The notes beneath the pieces were generated by a model, which saw only the letters and a list, made by a program, of their open reading frames with translations, was not told the origin of the DNA and ran no database searches. 64,000 nucleotides of DNA from an uncultured Acidobacteriota bacterium (GTDB lineage Bacteria; Acidobacteriota; Vicinamibacteria; Vicinamibacterales; UBA2999), in contig OY970174.1 in the NCBI GenBank assembly GCA_963707795.1, forward strand, positions 2,906,206 to 2,970,205. The letters run 5' to 3'. The translations under genes and the position numbers were made by a program. Of the stretch, positions 49,823-59,988 are shown piece after piece. Numbering within the stretch: the stretch's first letter is position 1; every line of letters begins with the position of its first letter.

Positions 49823-52498
49823 CTAGTCCGCGCGCATCGCCGTGACCGGCGCCACCCGCAGGGCGCGCCGCGCCGGCACGTACGACGCGAACAGCACCGC
49901 GCCCGCGGTGAGCAGCACGACCGCGCCGAACGCGACCGGATCGGTCGCGGCAACCCCGAACAGCATGCCCTCGACCACCTGCGTGAGCGCCAGCGCCGCG
50001 GCGAGTCCCACGACGATGCCGGCGGCGGCGAGGCGGGCGCCGGTGCCCATGACCAGGTGCAGGACATCGGCGGAGGCGGCGCCGAGCGCGAGGCGGACGC
50101 CGATCTCGCGCGTGCGTTCGGCGACGAGGTACGAGACCAGGCCGTAGATGCCGAGCGCGGCGAGCAGCAGCGCCGTGGCGGCGAAGACGCCAACCAGCGT
50201 CAGGCTGAACCGCCGCCCGGCCAGCGCGCGATCGACCGCGTCCTCGACGGTCCGCGCCTGCACGGGCAGATCGGCGTCGATCGTGCGGATGACGCGGGTC
50301 GCTTCCGCCGCCAGGCTGCCGGCGCGCTCGGCACGCAGCACGACGGTGAACCGCGACGCCAGGCGCTGGCGGTAATGCCCGTAGAACAGCGGTCCCGGCA
50401 GCGTCTCCGGCGACAGCTCGCGCACGTCGCCGACGACGCCCACGACGCGGAAGCCGCGCAAGTCGCCGTCCATGTTGCCGAACTGGACGTAGCGGCCCAG
50501 CGGGTCCTGGTCCGGCCATTTCGCCGCCGCCAGCGACTCGCTGATGACGGCGACGTGCGGCGCGTCGGGACCGTCGCCCTCGTCGAACAGCCGCCCGCGC
50601 ACGAGCGGGATCCCCATCGCCGTGAAATAGCCCGCGCTGGCGATGCGGTAGCCGGCAAAGCCCGCGCGCGCTTTCACCTCGTCGCCGAGCCGGGCCAGGT
50701 CGTCGACGCTCTGGAGCTCGTCGGCCCGGGTCATCTCGATGAACTGGCCGTTGGGGAAAAAGCCGGTGGCGAGCGGGAACGTGCTGACCAGGCCCGCCTG
50801 CTGCACGCCGGGCAGCGCGCCCAGGCGCGTCAGCATCTCCTGCTGCGCGGCGCGGCGGCGCTCCTGCACGCCCGGATCGCGCGAGGAGACCCAGGTCAGG
50901 TCGAGCAACTGGGCGCCGTCGGTGCGGAAGCCCGGGCTGACCGCCAGCAGTGCGCCGAAGCTGCGGCCGAGCAGGCCGGCGCCGGCCAGCAACACGATCG
51001 TCAACGCCACCTGCGCCACGACCAGCCCCTGCCGCACGCGCTCGCTGCTGCGCCCGCCGGCCATCGTCCGCGTGCCCTCGCTCAACGTGTCACGAATCTG
51101 CGCCTGAGCCGCGCGGGCCGCGGTGGCCACCCCCAGCAACACCGCCGTCAGCAGCGCGAGCCCGACGGCAAACCACAGCACGGTCCAGTCGATCGTGATG
51201 TCCTGCATCCGGGGCAGGTTCCCCGGCTGCAGCGCGGTCAGCACGCGCACGCCGAGCCAGGCGATCGCGACGCCGACCGCCGTGGCCGCGGCCGACAGGA
51301 CCAGCGCCTCGGCCAGGAGCTGGCGCGTGATGCGCGCGCCGCTGGCGCCGACGGCCAGCCGCACCGCGATCTCGCGCCGCCGGGTCGAGGCGCGCGCCAG
51401 CTGCAGGTTCGACACGTTGAGGCACGCGATCACCAGGAGCAACAGCGCGGCGCCGAACAGCAGCAGCAGGACGGGACGGGTCGCCGCCGTCAGCTGTTCG
51501 CGGAGCGGCACCGCGGTGGCATCCGACATCCAGGTCTGGTCGCCGTGCTCTTCTTTCAGCGCACGCGACAGCGCGCTCAGCTCGGTCCGCGCCGTTTGCA
51601 GGCTCACGCCGGGCTGCAGGCGCCCCACGACGAGCCAGTTGTGCGCGGTCCGCGACGTCTGTGGCGGCGTCCGCTCGCGCGCGGTCCAGAACTCGCTCGC
51701 CGCCGGGTAGTCGAAGCCGGGCGGCATGACGCCAATCACCTGGTGCATCGCCTCGTCGATCCGCAGCGTCAGGGTGTCGAGCGGCGCGCCGCCGAGCCGG
51801 GCCTGCCACAGCCGATAGCCGACGACGACCGCCGCCGCGGCGCCGGTCCGCGTCTCGTCGTCGCGGAACGCGCGTCCGACGATCGGGGCGACGCCCATCA
51901 CCGTGAAGAACTCGCGCGAGACCGCCGCGCCAGCCGTCATCGCGGTGTCGGCGCCGAACCCCACGGGGACCGATCCGGCGCCCATCTGCGCCATGGCCTG
52001 CACGCTGCGCGTGCGCGCCTTCCAGTCGGCGAAGTTGGGCTCGGACACCGTGTTGTTGCGCTGCCCGGTCGCGTCGATCTGGAACAGCCGCACGATGCGG
52101 TCGGGGTCGGGGTACGGCAGCGGGCGCAGCAGCACGCCCTCGACGACGCTGAACACGGCCGTGGCCGCGCCGATGCCGAGGCCCAGCGTCATGATGGAGA
52201 CGCCGGCGAAGGCGCGGGCGCGGCCGAGCACCCGGGCCCCGTAGCGAAGGTCGCGGGCCAGGTCCTCGAGCATGGCCGGGCGGAACTCGTCGCGGGCCTG
52301 CTCCTTCACGTGCTCGACGCCGCCGAACTTCACGTGGGCGCGCCGCCGCGCCTCGCGCGGATCCATGCCCCGCGCGATGTTCTTGGCCGTCTGCTCGTCG
52401 AGGTGAAAGCGAATCTCCTCGTCGAGCTCACGTTCGATGCGGGTGCGGGTCACGACCGATCGCCACCGCCGCATGCGCTCGCTCCAGGGTTCTGCCAT
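49823..52498 (-). CDS. ADOP family (acidobacterial duplicated orphan) MacB-like ABC permease
   Basis: ELDEEIRFH..ARRRA..FGG, DLRYGAR.L, TLGLGIGA.TAVFSVV, two FtsX halves (RRREIAVRLAVGA; RTREIGVRLALGA). Confidence 0.93.
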   Translation of the reverse strand: MAEPWSERMRRWRSVVTRTRIERELDEEIRFHLDEQTAKNIARGMDPREARRRAHVKFGGVEHVKEQARDEFRPAMLEDLARDLRYGARVLGRARAFAGVSIMTLGLGIGAATAVFSVVEGVLLRPLPYPDPDRIVRLFQIDATGQRNNTVSEPNFADWKARTRSVQAMAQMGAGSVPVGFGADTAMTAGAAVSREFFTVMGVAPIVGRAFRDDETRTGAAAAVVVGYRLWQARLGGAPLDTLTLRIDEAMHQVIGVMPPGFDYPAASEFWTARERTPPQTSRTAHNWLVVGRLQPGVSLQTARTELSALSRALKEEHGDQTWMSDATAVPLREQLTAATRPVLLLLFGAALLLLVIACLNVSNLQLARASTRRREIAVRLAVGASGARITRQLLAEALVLSAAATAVGVAIAWLGVRVLTALQPGNLPRMQDITIDWTVLWFAVGLALLTAVLLGVATAARAAQAQIRDTLSEGTRTMAGGRSSERVRQGLVVAQVALTIVLLAGAGLLGRSFGALLAVSPGFRTDGAQLLDLTWVSSRDPGVQERRRAAQQEMLTRLGALPGVQQAGLVSTFPLATGFFPNGQFIEMTRADELQSVDDLARLGDEVKARAGFAGYRIASAGYFTAMGIPLVRGRLFDEGDGPDAPHVAVISESLAAAKWPDQDPLGRYVQFGNMDGDLRGFRVVGVVGDVRELSPETLPGPLFYGHYRQRLASRFTVVLRAERAGSLAAEATRVIRTIDADLPVQARTVEDAVDRALAGRRFSLTLVGVFAATALLLAALGIYGLVSYLVAERTREIGVRLALGAASADVLHLVMGTGARLAAAGIVVGLAAALALTQVVEGMLFGVAATDPVAFGAVVLLTAGAVLFASYVPARRALRVAPVTAMRAD

Positions 52499-52533
52499 GC
52501 CAGCCTCGCCCGCGGGCCGCCGCCCCGCGCCCG

Positions 52534-52869
52534 CTACATTGCCGCGTCCAGCACCAGGTTGATCGCCCGTGACAGCCGCCGCCACTCCGCGAGCTCGTCG
52601 CTCAGGTGCCGGCGGCCGAGGCGGGTCAGCGTGTAATAGCGGGCGCGGCGGTTGTTCGCCGTCACCTTCCACGCCGACGTGATGAGCCCCTGCCGCTCGA
52701 GCCGGTACAGCGCCGGATAGAGCGTGCCCTGTCCGAGCTGGAGCACCCGCTCCGACCACTGCTCGATCCGCTCGGTGATGCCCCAGCCGTGCATCGGCTC
52801 GAGCTGCAGCGCCTTGAGCACCAGCATGTCGAGGGTGCCCTGCAGGACGTCGATCTTGCCTGTGCCCAC
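52534..52869 (-). CDS. PadR family transcriptional regulator, acidobacterial type
   Basis: LQGTLDMLVLK, HGWGI, GTLYPALYRLE, NNRRARYY.LT; directly upstream of the ADOP gene. Confidence 0.95.
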   Translation of the reverse strand: MGTGKIDVLQGTLDMLVLKALQLEPMHGWGITERIEQWSERVLQLGQGTLYPALYRLERQGLITSAWKVTANNRRARYYTLTRLGRRHLSDELAEWRRLSRAINLVLDAAM

Positions 52870-52874
52870 ATCTG

Positions 52875-52929
52875 TCCTTTCGATTGACGAAAGGAGGCTA
52901 GCGGAGGTTCCTTACGATTGTCAAAAGGA
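52875..52929 (-). promoter_or_regulatory. padR promoter with two 21-bp palindromic operators
   Basis: TCCTTTCG-ATTGA-CGAAAGGA (52875-52895) and TCCTTACGATTGTCAAAAGGA (52909-52929). Minus strand TTGACA-18-TAGCCT. Confidence 0.75.
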
Positions 52930-52955
52930 GGGGCCGGGGCCGGGCCGGCGTGCCG

Positions 52956-54083
52956 TCAGTCGGAGAACTCGCGCGCCAGCTCCACCCACTCGCCGTGCGG
53001 GGCCAGCGTCTGGTAGTCGCGCCAGTGCGGCCGGGCGTCGTTCGAGCGGCCCATCTTCTCCAGCGTCACCGCGAGGTAGAAGTGCGCGTCGGGGTAGCCG
53101 GGGTTGAGGGCGAGCGCGTCCAGGTAGCAGGCCTCCGCGTCGAGGAACCGGCCGTGATCGTGGTGGATGTTGCCGAGGTTGAAGTGCGCCTCGAAGTATC
53201 CGGGGTCGAGCAGGATGGCGCGCTCGTACAGCGCCTGCGCTTCCGCCAGCTCGTCGCGCGCGTAGCGGATGTTGGCCAGGTTGATCAGGGCGGCGACGAG
53301 ATCGGGGTCGTCCTCGAGCGCGCGGCGGTACGCCTGCGACGCTTCCTCCTGCCGCTCCGGCGTCCCATCGTCGAGCAGCGACCCCATCAGGAAGTAGCGT
53401 TCGGCGGTGGTGAGGAGCATCGTGGCGACGGCCAGCGGCGGCGGCTCGGCCGGCGCCGCCGCCTCGCGCGGCTTGAGGGCGATGATCCGCGCCGGCGCGG
53501 CATCGATGCGGAAGTCGAACGCCAGCTGCCCCGAGCGCGTCGCCTGCAGGTCGCGCAGCACGGCGCGGAACGACGCGCCCTGCTGCAGCTCGGCGTGGAC
53601 CTGGCGCAGCACCGTCAAATCGCTGAAGCCGAAGAAGGTGTCGGCGTTGTTCTTGAAGGCGCGGCGGATGAAGCCCCACTTCTGCAGGTAGCGGAGATGG
53701 TCCTCGCGCAGGGCCGGGTACATGGCAAGCACGTCGCGCTGCCCGTAGTGCTTCTCGCGCAGGTCGGCCACGGCGGGCAGCCCGGCCATCCGGCAGAACT
53801 CGTCCTCGCTGATGATGCCGATGCGGCCGGGCTGCTCGGCGTTGACCTGGGCGGCCCGGCGCAGCTTCTGGCTGTGCGTGCTGTGGTCGTTCGCCAGCCG
53901 GCTGATGTCGGGCACGCCGTCGGGATAGGTCTCGCCGCCAACGACCAGCAGCGTCGTCTTCAGCGTGACGTCGTCGCCGGCGACGCCGCCGTGCTGGTGC
54001 ACGATGCCGCGCGCCTCCTTGCGGCCGAGGGACCACAGCTTTCCGGTGAAGACGACTGTGTGGCCGCGCAGAGGGTCGGGCAT
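52956..54083 (-). CDS. BRCT + MerR-like HTH + TPR protein
   Basis: BRCT (VVFTGKL..LGRKEA..GG..VT.KT.LLVVG..KL.RA..IISEDEF); LRYLQKWGFI..FGFSDL..LRQ; TPRs (ALINLAN, AHFNLGN, AHFYLA). Confidence 0.8.
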   Translation of the reverse strand: MPDPLRGHTVVFTGKLWSLGRKEARGIVHQHGGVAGDDVTLKTTLLVVGGETYPDGVPDISRLANDHSTHSQKLRRAAQVNAEQPGRIGIISEDEFCRMAGLPAVADLREKHYGQRDVLAMYPALREDHLRYLQKWGFIRRAFKNNADTFFGFSDLTVLRQVHAELQQGASFRAVLRDLQATRSGQLAFDFRIDAAPARIIALKPREAAAPAEPPPLAVATMLLTTAERYFLMGSLLDDGTPERQEEASQAYRRALEDDPDLVAALINLANIRYARDELAEAQALYERAILLDPGYFEAHFNLGNIHHDHGRFLDAEACYLDALALNPGYPDAHFYLAVTLEKMGRSNDARPHWRDYQTLAPHGEWVELAREFSD

Positions 54084-54141
54084 CCGGACGGGATCAAGAT
54101 GCGGCAGAACGGCGCTGATGTCAATTTACAATCAGCACGAC

Positions 54142-55113
54142 ATGATTCTCGCCGGCGACATCGGCGGCACCAAGACACTGATCGGATTGTTCGACGCCGC
54201 GCCGCGCCGGCCGGCGCCCATCGACGTGCGCGAGTTCCGGACGACGGCCTATCCCGGACTGCCGGCGATCCTCGACGAGTTCCGCGCCACGCATCGCGGC
54301 CGCGCGATCCGCGCCGCCGTGTTCGGGGTCGCCGGCCCGATCATCAACCAGTCGGCGGAGATGACCAACGTCGAGTGGCGCGTCGACGGCGAGGAGTTGG
54401 TGCGCGTGCTCGAGCTGCCGCGCGTGCGCCTGCTCAACGACCTCGAGGCGATGGCTTACGGCGTCACCGTGCTCGAGGCGGACGAGCTGCATCCGCTGCA
54501 GGCGGGCGCGCCGCGCGCGGGCGGCAGCATCGCGCTCATCGCCGCCGGCACCGGGCTCGGCGAATCGGTCCTTCACCACGTGGGCGGGCGCTACGTCCCG
54601 CTGGCGAGCGAAGGCGGCCATACCGACTTCGCCGCCCGCACCGATCGCGAGCTCGACTTCGTCAGGTTCCTGCGCGACCGCTACGGGCGTGCCGAACTGG
54701 AACACGTCCTGTCGGGCCCCGGCCTGATGAACCTGGCGGCGTTCACCCATCCCGGCGGGCCGTGCCGCCGCCTGGCCGGCGCGGCAGACGCGGTGGATAC
54801 GCCGGCCGAGGTCACCGCCTCGGCACTCGCCGGCGACTGCCCGCGGTGCATCGAAGCGGTCGGCCTGTTCGTGGCCGCCTACGGGGCCGCCGCCGGCAAC
54901 CTCGCACTCACCGCGGTCACCACCGGCGGCGTGTTCATCGGCGGCGGCATCGCGCCGCGGATCGTCCCGGCGCTCGAAGGCGGCGGCTTCATCGCCGCCT
55001 TCAACGACAAGGGCCCGATGCGGCCGCTGCTCGAGGCGATGCCCGTGCAGGTGATCCTCAACGCCCAGTCCGGCCTCCTCGGCGCTGCGGTGCACGCGAG
55101 CACGCTGCTGTGA
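54142..55113 (+). CDS. glk: Glucokinase
   Basis: ILAGDIGGTKT, GVAGP, LLNDLEA, AAGTGLG, SEGGH, E.VLSG.GL, GGGIAP. Confidence 0.94.
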   Translation: MILAGDIGGTKTLIGLFDAAPRRPAPIDVREFRTTAYPGLPAILDEFRATHRGRAIRAAVFGVAGPIINQSAEMTNVEWRVDGEELVRVLELPRVRLLNDLEAMAYGVTVLEADELHPLQAGAPRAGGSIALIAAGTGLGESVLHHVGGRYVPLASEGGHTDFAARTDRELDFVRFLRDRYGRAELEHVLSGPGLMNLAAFTHPGGPCRRLAGAADAVDTPAEVTASALAGDCPRCIEAVGLFVAAYGAAAGNLALTAVTTGGVFIGGGIAPRIVPALEGGGFIAAFNDKGPMRPLLEAMPVQVILNAQSGLLGAAVHASTLL

Positions 55114-55163
55114 CGCGGCAGCCGTCCCCCGACCGGCAGCGCGCCGCGGTTCCGGAGGACGCC

Positions 55164-57266
55164 GTGTCCTATCCGCCATCCCCTCCCGGCACCGTCGCCG
55201 ACAACTACCACGGCACGGTGATCGCCGATCCGTATCGCTGGCTCGAGGACGCCGCGGCGCCCGAGACGATGCGCTGGACCGACGCCCAGAACGCACTCAC
55301 CGCGCGATTGCTGGCGACGTCGGAGCGCGCGTCGATCGCCAGCCGGCTCGCGGCGCTCTACGATTACCCGCGGATGACCGCCCCGGTCCGGCGCGGCGGG
55401 CGGTACTTCTTCACGCTCAACGACGGGCTGCAGAACCAGCCGGTCCTCTACGTGCAGGACGGCCCGGCGGCGCGGCCGCGCCCGCTGCTCGACCCGAACG
55501 CTCTCGACGCGGCGGGGACGGTGGCGCTGACGGCGATGGCGCCAAGCGACGAGGGGACGCTGGTGGCGTACGCGTTGTCGCGCCGTGGCAGCGACCGCCA
55601 GGAGATCTTCGTGCGCGACGTGGCGACCGGCCACGACCGCCCCGATCGCGTGCGGTGGGCCAAGTTCACCTCGCTGACCTGGACCCCGGACGGCGCGGGC
55701 TTCTACTACACGCGCTTTCCGGAACCCGGCACCGTGCCGGAGGAGGACGAAAACTATTTTGCCGCCGTGTATTACCACGCCCTCGGAGACGGCCAGGCGA
55801 ACGACGCCTTGATCTTCGCCCGGCCCGACGATCGGGAAGTCGTCGTGTCGGCGGACCTCTCGACGGACGGCCGCTGGCTGGTGCTGACCGCCTTCAAGGG
55901 GTCGAGCGACGACAGCGAGGCCTACGTCATCGATCGCGCGGCCGGCGATGGATTGCCGCGGGCGCTGTTCACCGGCTTTGCCGCCGCCTTCATCTTTGCC
56001 GACGCCGCCGCCGGCCGGCTGTACTTCCGGTCGACGCATGCGGCCCCGCGCGGCCGCGTGATCGCCGTCGACGTCGCGGCGGGTGTGCCGTCCCCCGGCG
56101 AAGACGGCCTGGTCGCGTTCGCCGAGATCATCGCCGAGTCGGACGACACCCTGTCGGAGCTGGCGGTGGTCGGCGGCCGGCTGGTCACCGTGCGCCTCCA
56201 CGATGCCAGCGATCGGGTTCGCGTACACGAGCTGGACGGGCGCATCGCACACGACGTTACGCTGCCGTCGCTCAGCTCGCTGTCGGGCGTGACCGGCACC
56301 GCCGACGACCCGGAGCTGTTCCTCCGGCTCGCGTCGTTCACCGACCCGCCGCGTGTGTTCCGGACCACCGTGGACGGGGCGGCGCTCGAGCCGTTCGGGC
56401 CCGGCGGCGCCGCGCATGACACGGTGCGGTGCGACGTGTCGCAGGCGTGGTATTCGTCGGCCGACGGCACCCGGGTCTCGATGTTCCTCATCCATCGGCC
56501 CGGTCTCCCGCGCGACGGCGACCGGCCGGTCTTTCTCACCGGTTACGGCGGGTTCAACATCAGCCTGACGCCGCAGTACGATCCCGCGCACGTCGCCTGG
56601 CTCGAGCTCGGCGGCATCGTGGCCGTCGCCAACCTCCGCGGCGGCGGCGAGTACGGCGAGTCGTGGCACCAGGCCGGCACCTTCGAGCGCAAGCAGCGCG
56701 TCTTCGACGACGTCATCGCCGCGGCGGAGTGGCTGATCGCGTCGGGCTACACCAGGCCGGAGCGCCTCGCGATCGAGGGCGGCAGCAACGGCGGCCTGCT
56801 GGTCGGCGCCGCCCTGGTGCAACGGCCCGACCTCTTCGGCGCGGCCGTGTGCCGCGTGCCGGTCGTCGACATGCTCCGCTACCACCTCTTCACCGTCGGC
56901 CGCTTCTGGATCTCGGAGTACGGATCGGCGGAGGATCCGGCGCAGTTCGCCTACCTGCGTGCCTACTCGCCCCTGCACAACGTGCGCGACGGCACGCCCT
57001 ACCCGCCGACGCTCATCCTCACCGCCGACACCGACGACCGGGTCGCGCCCGGCATGGCGAGGAAGTTCGCCGCGCGGCTGCAGGCGGCCACACCGCGGGA
57101 CGCCGGACCGATCCTGATTCGCATCGAGGTCGACGCCGGCCACGGCGCCGGCAAGCCGGTGGCCAAGCTGATCGACGAGGACGCCGACATCCTGGCGTTC
57201 CTCTGCCGCTACCTGCGAATCGCGACGGGCAAAGCGCCCCCCGGGTTGACCTCGGTCAATAGGTGA
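55164..57266 (+). CDS. Prolyl oligopeptidase (S9A)
   Basis: GGAGGA + GTG; DPYRWLED, GYGGFN, RGGGEYG, GGSNGGLL, DDRV, AGHGAG. Confidence 0.94.
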   Translation: MSYPPSPPGTVADNYHGTVIADPYRWLEDAAAPETMRWTDAQNALTARLLATSERASIASRLAALYDYPRMTAPVRRGGRYFFTLNDGLQNQPVLYVQDGPAARPRPLLDPNALDAAGTVALTAMAPSDEGTLVAYALSRRGSDRQEIFVRDVATGHDRPDRVRWAKFTSLTWTPDGAGFYYTRFPEPGTVPEEDENYFAAVYYHALGDGQANDALIFARPDDREVVVSADLSTDGRWLVLTAFKGSSDDSEAYVIDRAAGDGLPRALFTGFAAAFIFADAAAGRLYFRSTHAAPRGRVIAVDVAAGVPSPGEDGLVAFAEIIAESDDTLSELAVVGGRLVTVRLHDASDRVRVHELDGRIAHDVTLPSLSSLSGVTGTADDPELFLRLASFTDPPRVFRTTVDGAALEPFGPGGAAHDTVRCDVSQAWYSSADGTRVSMFLIHRPGLPRDGDRPVFLTGYGGFNISLTPQYDPAHVAWLELGGIVAVANLRGGGEYGESWHQAGTFERKQRVFDDVIAAAEWLIASGYTRPERLAIEGGSNGGLLVGAALVQRPDLFGAAVCRVPVVDMLRYHLFTVGRFWISEYGSAEDPAQFAYLRAYSPLHNVRDGTPYPPTLILTADTDDRVAPGMARKFAARLQAATPRDAGPILIRIEVDAGHGAGKPVAKLIDEDADILAFLCRYLRIATGKAPPGLTSVNR

Positions 57267-58725
57267 CGCGGATGCGATAGCGAAGCGTGGTGGCACCCTC
57301 GGCCGCGACCGGGATGGTGAATCGCGCCGCCCACGCATCCGTCTTCGTCGCCTCGTGCGACGTGCTCAGGATCCGCCACGTGCCGCCGATCGGCTCGTTC
57401 ACCTCGACGGTGATCGGCGTCGTCTTGTGATTGCGCAGGACGACCTCGTAGGCCATCTCGTAGACGTTGGTCGCGATCTTCTCGAAATCGATCTGCCGGC
57501 GCTCGGCAACAACGTCGAAGGCGTGGCCGATCTTGAGGTTCAGCGTCTCGTCCTTGGGCGTGTGGTCGATGCGATCCTCGCCGACGAACTGGATGCCGCC
57601 CTTCGAGTCGGCCTGGTAGACGCGGACGGTGCCGGACGGCATCGGCATGCCGAGCCCGGCGGCCTGCGCGTTCTCGAACTGGTAGTACACCTTCACCGCG
57701 TCCTTGATCGGTGAGCCTGGACTCTGGACGTTGCGGTAGTAGTAGCTCTGCCCGTCCACGACGTAGCGCTTGCGCACGGGGAACCCCGTCGCCCCGAGCA
57801 TGCTCACCTGCTTGGTCTCGTTGTTGTTGATCGTCGTCTTGCGGGCCAGCGTGTAGAGGTGATAGTCGGAGAACGCCTCCTGGGCCATGGCCGCCTTGGC
57901 CGAGTCCGCGACCCGGTCCTGCAGCCCGATCGTCTCGCGCCGGAACTCCTGCTGCACACGGTTGAGCTCACCCGCCACCAGCTGCAGCGACGCGTTGCGG
58001 AACGCGGTGCCGCTGCCGTTGGTCAGCGTGACCCAGCCGTCCAGGTCGGCGGCCTTGTCGTCGCGCGCGACGGTGAGCACGTAGTCCGCGCTCCACGCCA
58101 GCTTGGTCGCCAGGTACGAGGCCTCGACCCGGTGGCGCGCGGCGCCGCTGTTGTCGAGCAACCAGATGAGCGTCGGCCGCGCGTAGAGGTTGCCCGGCAG
58201 CTCCGGGAACCGGATGTGATCGGCGTGCAGGCCGGTGACGATCTCGTTGCCGATCTGCCACACCGGCGCCGCGTTGTAGCTGAGCAGCCGCGCCGTCACC
58301 TCCTCGTGCCGCGTGCTGCCGTTCTCCTGCCGGGCGCGCATCAGGATGACGTCACGGCCGACGTACTTGCGCAGCAGCTTGTCCGGCTCGAGCAGGTCGT
58401 ACTCGTAGTTCTGCTCGAGAATCCCCAGCCGCGCCGGCTCGCTCAGCGAGCGCAGGTGCACGGTCGCGGGATTGACGGTCGCCGCGATGTCCATGAAGCG
58501 GAGGTCGAAGGTCCCGCGCGGCAGCTGGATGCTGCGCACGTCGCGGACCAGCGCGAGGTTCGAGTTGTACACCGTGATCGCCAGCTCGGTCTGGTCGTCC
58601 AGCGTGGACACGTCCTGGCCGTCCACCGCCTGCTCCGCGGCGTTGGTCGCCGCCCGTTCGTGATTGGCCGCCAGCACGCCGGCGACGAGGATGGCCGCCG
58701 CAGCGACCCAGAGTCGTGGATTCAT
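57256..58725 (-). CDS. DUF4139 domain secreted protein
   Basis: Signal peptide; ITVYNSNLALVRD, EQNYEYDL, DYHLYTL, GEDRIDHTPKDE. Confidence 0.88.
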   Translation of the reverse strand: MNPRLWVAAAAILVAGVLAANHERAATNAAEQAVDGQDVSTLDDQTELAITVYNSNLALVRDVRSIQLPRGTFDLRFMDIAATVNPATVHLRSLSEPARLGILEQNYEYDLLEPDKLLRKYVGRDVILMRARQENGSTRHEEVTARLLSYNAAPVWQIGNEIVTGLHADHIRFPELPGNLYARPTLIWLLDNSGAARHRVEASYLATKLAWSADYVLTVARDDKAADLDGWVTLTNGSGTAFRNASLQLVAGELNRVQQEFRRETIGLQDRVADSAKAAMAQEAFSDYHLYTLARKTTINNNETKQVSMLGATGFPVRKRYVVDGQSYYYRNVQSPGSPIKDAVKVYYQFENAQAAGLGMPMPSGTVRVYQADSKGGIQFVGEDRIDHTPKDETLNLKIGHAFDVVAERRQIDFEKIATNVYEMAYEVVLRNHKTTPITVEVNEPIGGTWRILSTSHEATKTDAWAARFTIPVAAEGATTLRYRIRVTY

Positions 58726-58803
58726 GAAACAGCTCCTTGTCCGTGGAACGGAGCCGTCGGGATTTCTTGCAGCGAGGGGGCTGGTGGGTGGTGCGGCCCG
58801 GCG

Positions 58804-59976
58804 TCAGGGCGCCACGAGCGCCCACGTGCGTCCGCCATCGGTCGTCCGGAATGCGCGGCCGTCAGCCGTCGTGACGGTCGCCTGGCGGGCGTCGGTCGCC
58901 TTCACCCCGACGAGGTCGACCACTTCGGGAAACGACAGGCGCGCGAACCGCGCCCCGTCCGTACTCAGGTAGACGAGGCCGCGACGCCCCACGATCCACG
59001 CGACCGGTTCTCCTGGCGAATCCACCGCCAACGCCTCGTCCGGCCACGCGATCGGCACTGGTTCCCATCGCGCGCCGGTGCTCGACAGGTGCTCGACCCT
59101 CCCGCCCACGACCCGCCACCGGACGGATGAGGGCGCGGCCTCGAACGCCGACACGCCCGGCTTCTTCAGCGTAGAGGCGACCGCCTCCGGGCCCGCCCGC
59201 TCCGCGGGAATCGGGCTGGTCGCGGTCACGTTGATCGCTTCGTTTCGCGTGCGCGCTTCCTGTGGCGCCGGCGCCGCGGGCGCTGCCGCCTGCGCCGCCT
59301 CTGGCGGGACCAGGACCGTCTCCTGGAGCACGCGTGGCGCCTCCTGCTTCGCGGCGGTCGTACCGTCGGCCGTGCGGCCGAGGGGCGGGCTCGCAGCCGG
59401 CGCCTCATCGGCGGGCGTGCGCGCGTCGGCCTCGGCTTGACGCGTGGCTCGTGCGCCTGGCGCCGGCATCGCCGGACGATCGCGGCGGGAGGACGCGGCA
59501 GCGTTCGGCTGCGTCGCGCCTTGATCCCGAAGCGCGGCCGACTGGTCCGCGGACTTCTCCTCTGCTTCTGCTTCCCGCGCCGGCGGCGCCGGCATCGAGG
59601 GCGCGGCGGGCACCGCGTCGCGGAACCGCGCCTCGTCGAGGCCCGCCTGCGGAGGCAGCGCCACCCAGATCGCGGCCACGGTGGCCGCCGTGGCGAGTGG
59701 CACCAGCCACCGGACGTGCCCCCGCTGCCACCACGCCCGGGTCTCTGCCGGGGCCGGCGTCGCGCGGGTGAACGCCGCCACGGTGGCCAGACAGCGCGCG
59801 CAGCCGGCGACATGCCGTTCCACGGCCGCCGCTTCGGACGCCGGCAGATGCCCCGACGACCAGGCGGCCAGCGCTTCGCCGTCGAGGCACTCACCCGTCG
59901 CCGGCGCGGACGGATCGCCGATCGGCTGCCTCAGCAGCGCCTCGAGCGCACGGTCGCGATCCGACTCACGGGACAC
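58804..59976 (-). CDS. zf-HC2 anti-sigma factor with TM, Pro/Ala linker and short BNR/YCF48-like C-domain
   Basis: HVAGCARC, TM WLVPLATAATVAAIWV, STDG and TTDGGRTW Asp-boxes. Confidence 0.85.
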   Translation of the reverse strand: MSRESDRDRALEALLRQPIGDPSAPATGECLDGEALAAWSSGHLPASEAAAVERHVAGCARCLATVAAFTRATPAPAETRAWWQRGHVRWLVPLATAATVAAIWVALPPQAGLDEARFRDAVPAAPSMPAPPAREAEAEEKSADQSAALRDQGATQPNAAASSRRDRPAMPAPGARATRQAEADARTPADEAPAASPPLGRTADGTTAAKQEAPRVLQETVLVPPEAAQAAAPAAPAPQEARTRNEAINVTATSPIPAERAGPEAVASTLKKPGVSAFEAAPSSVRWRVVGGRVEHLSSTGARWEPVPIAWPDEALAVDSPGEPVAWIVGRRGLVYLSTDGARFARLSFPEVVDLVGVKATDARQATVTTADGRAFRTTDGGRTWALVAP

Positions 59977-59988
59977 GACACCTCTCCA

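Noticed and set aside
52950-57266. 1438-aa ORF
   Set aside because: The N-terminal half is antisense to the BRCT-TPR gene and off-frame to glk. The peptidase starts at GTG 55164 after GGAGGA.
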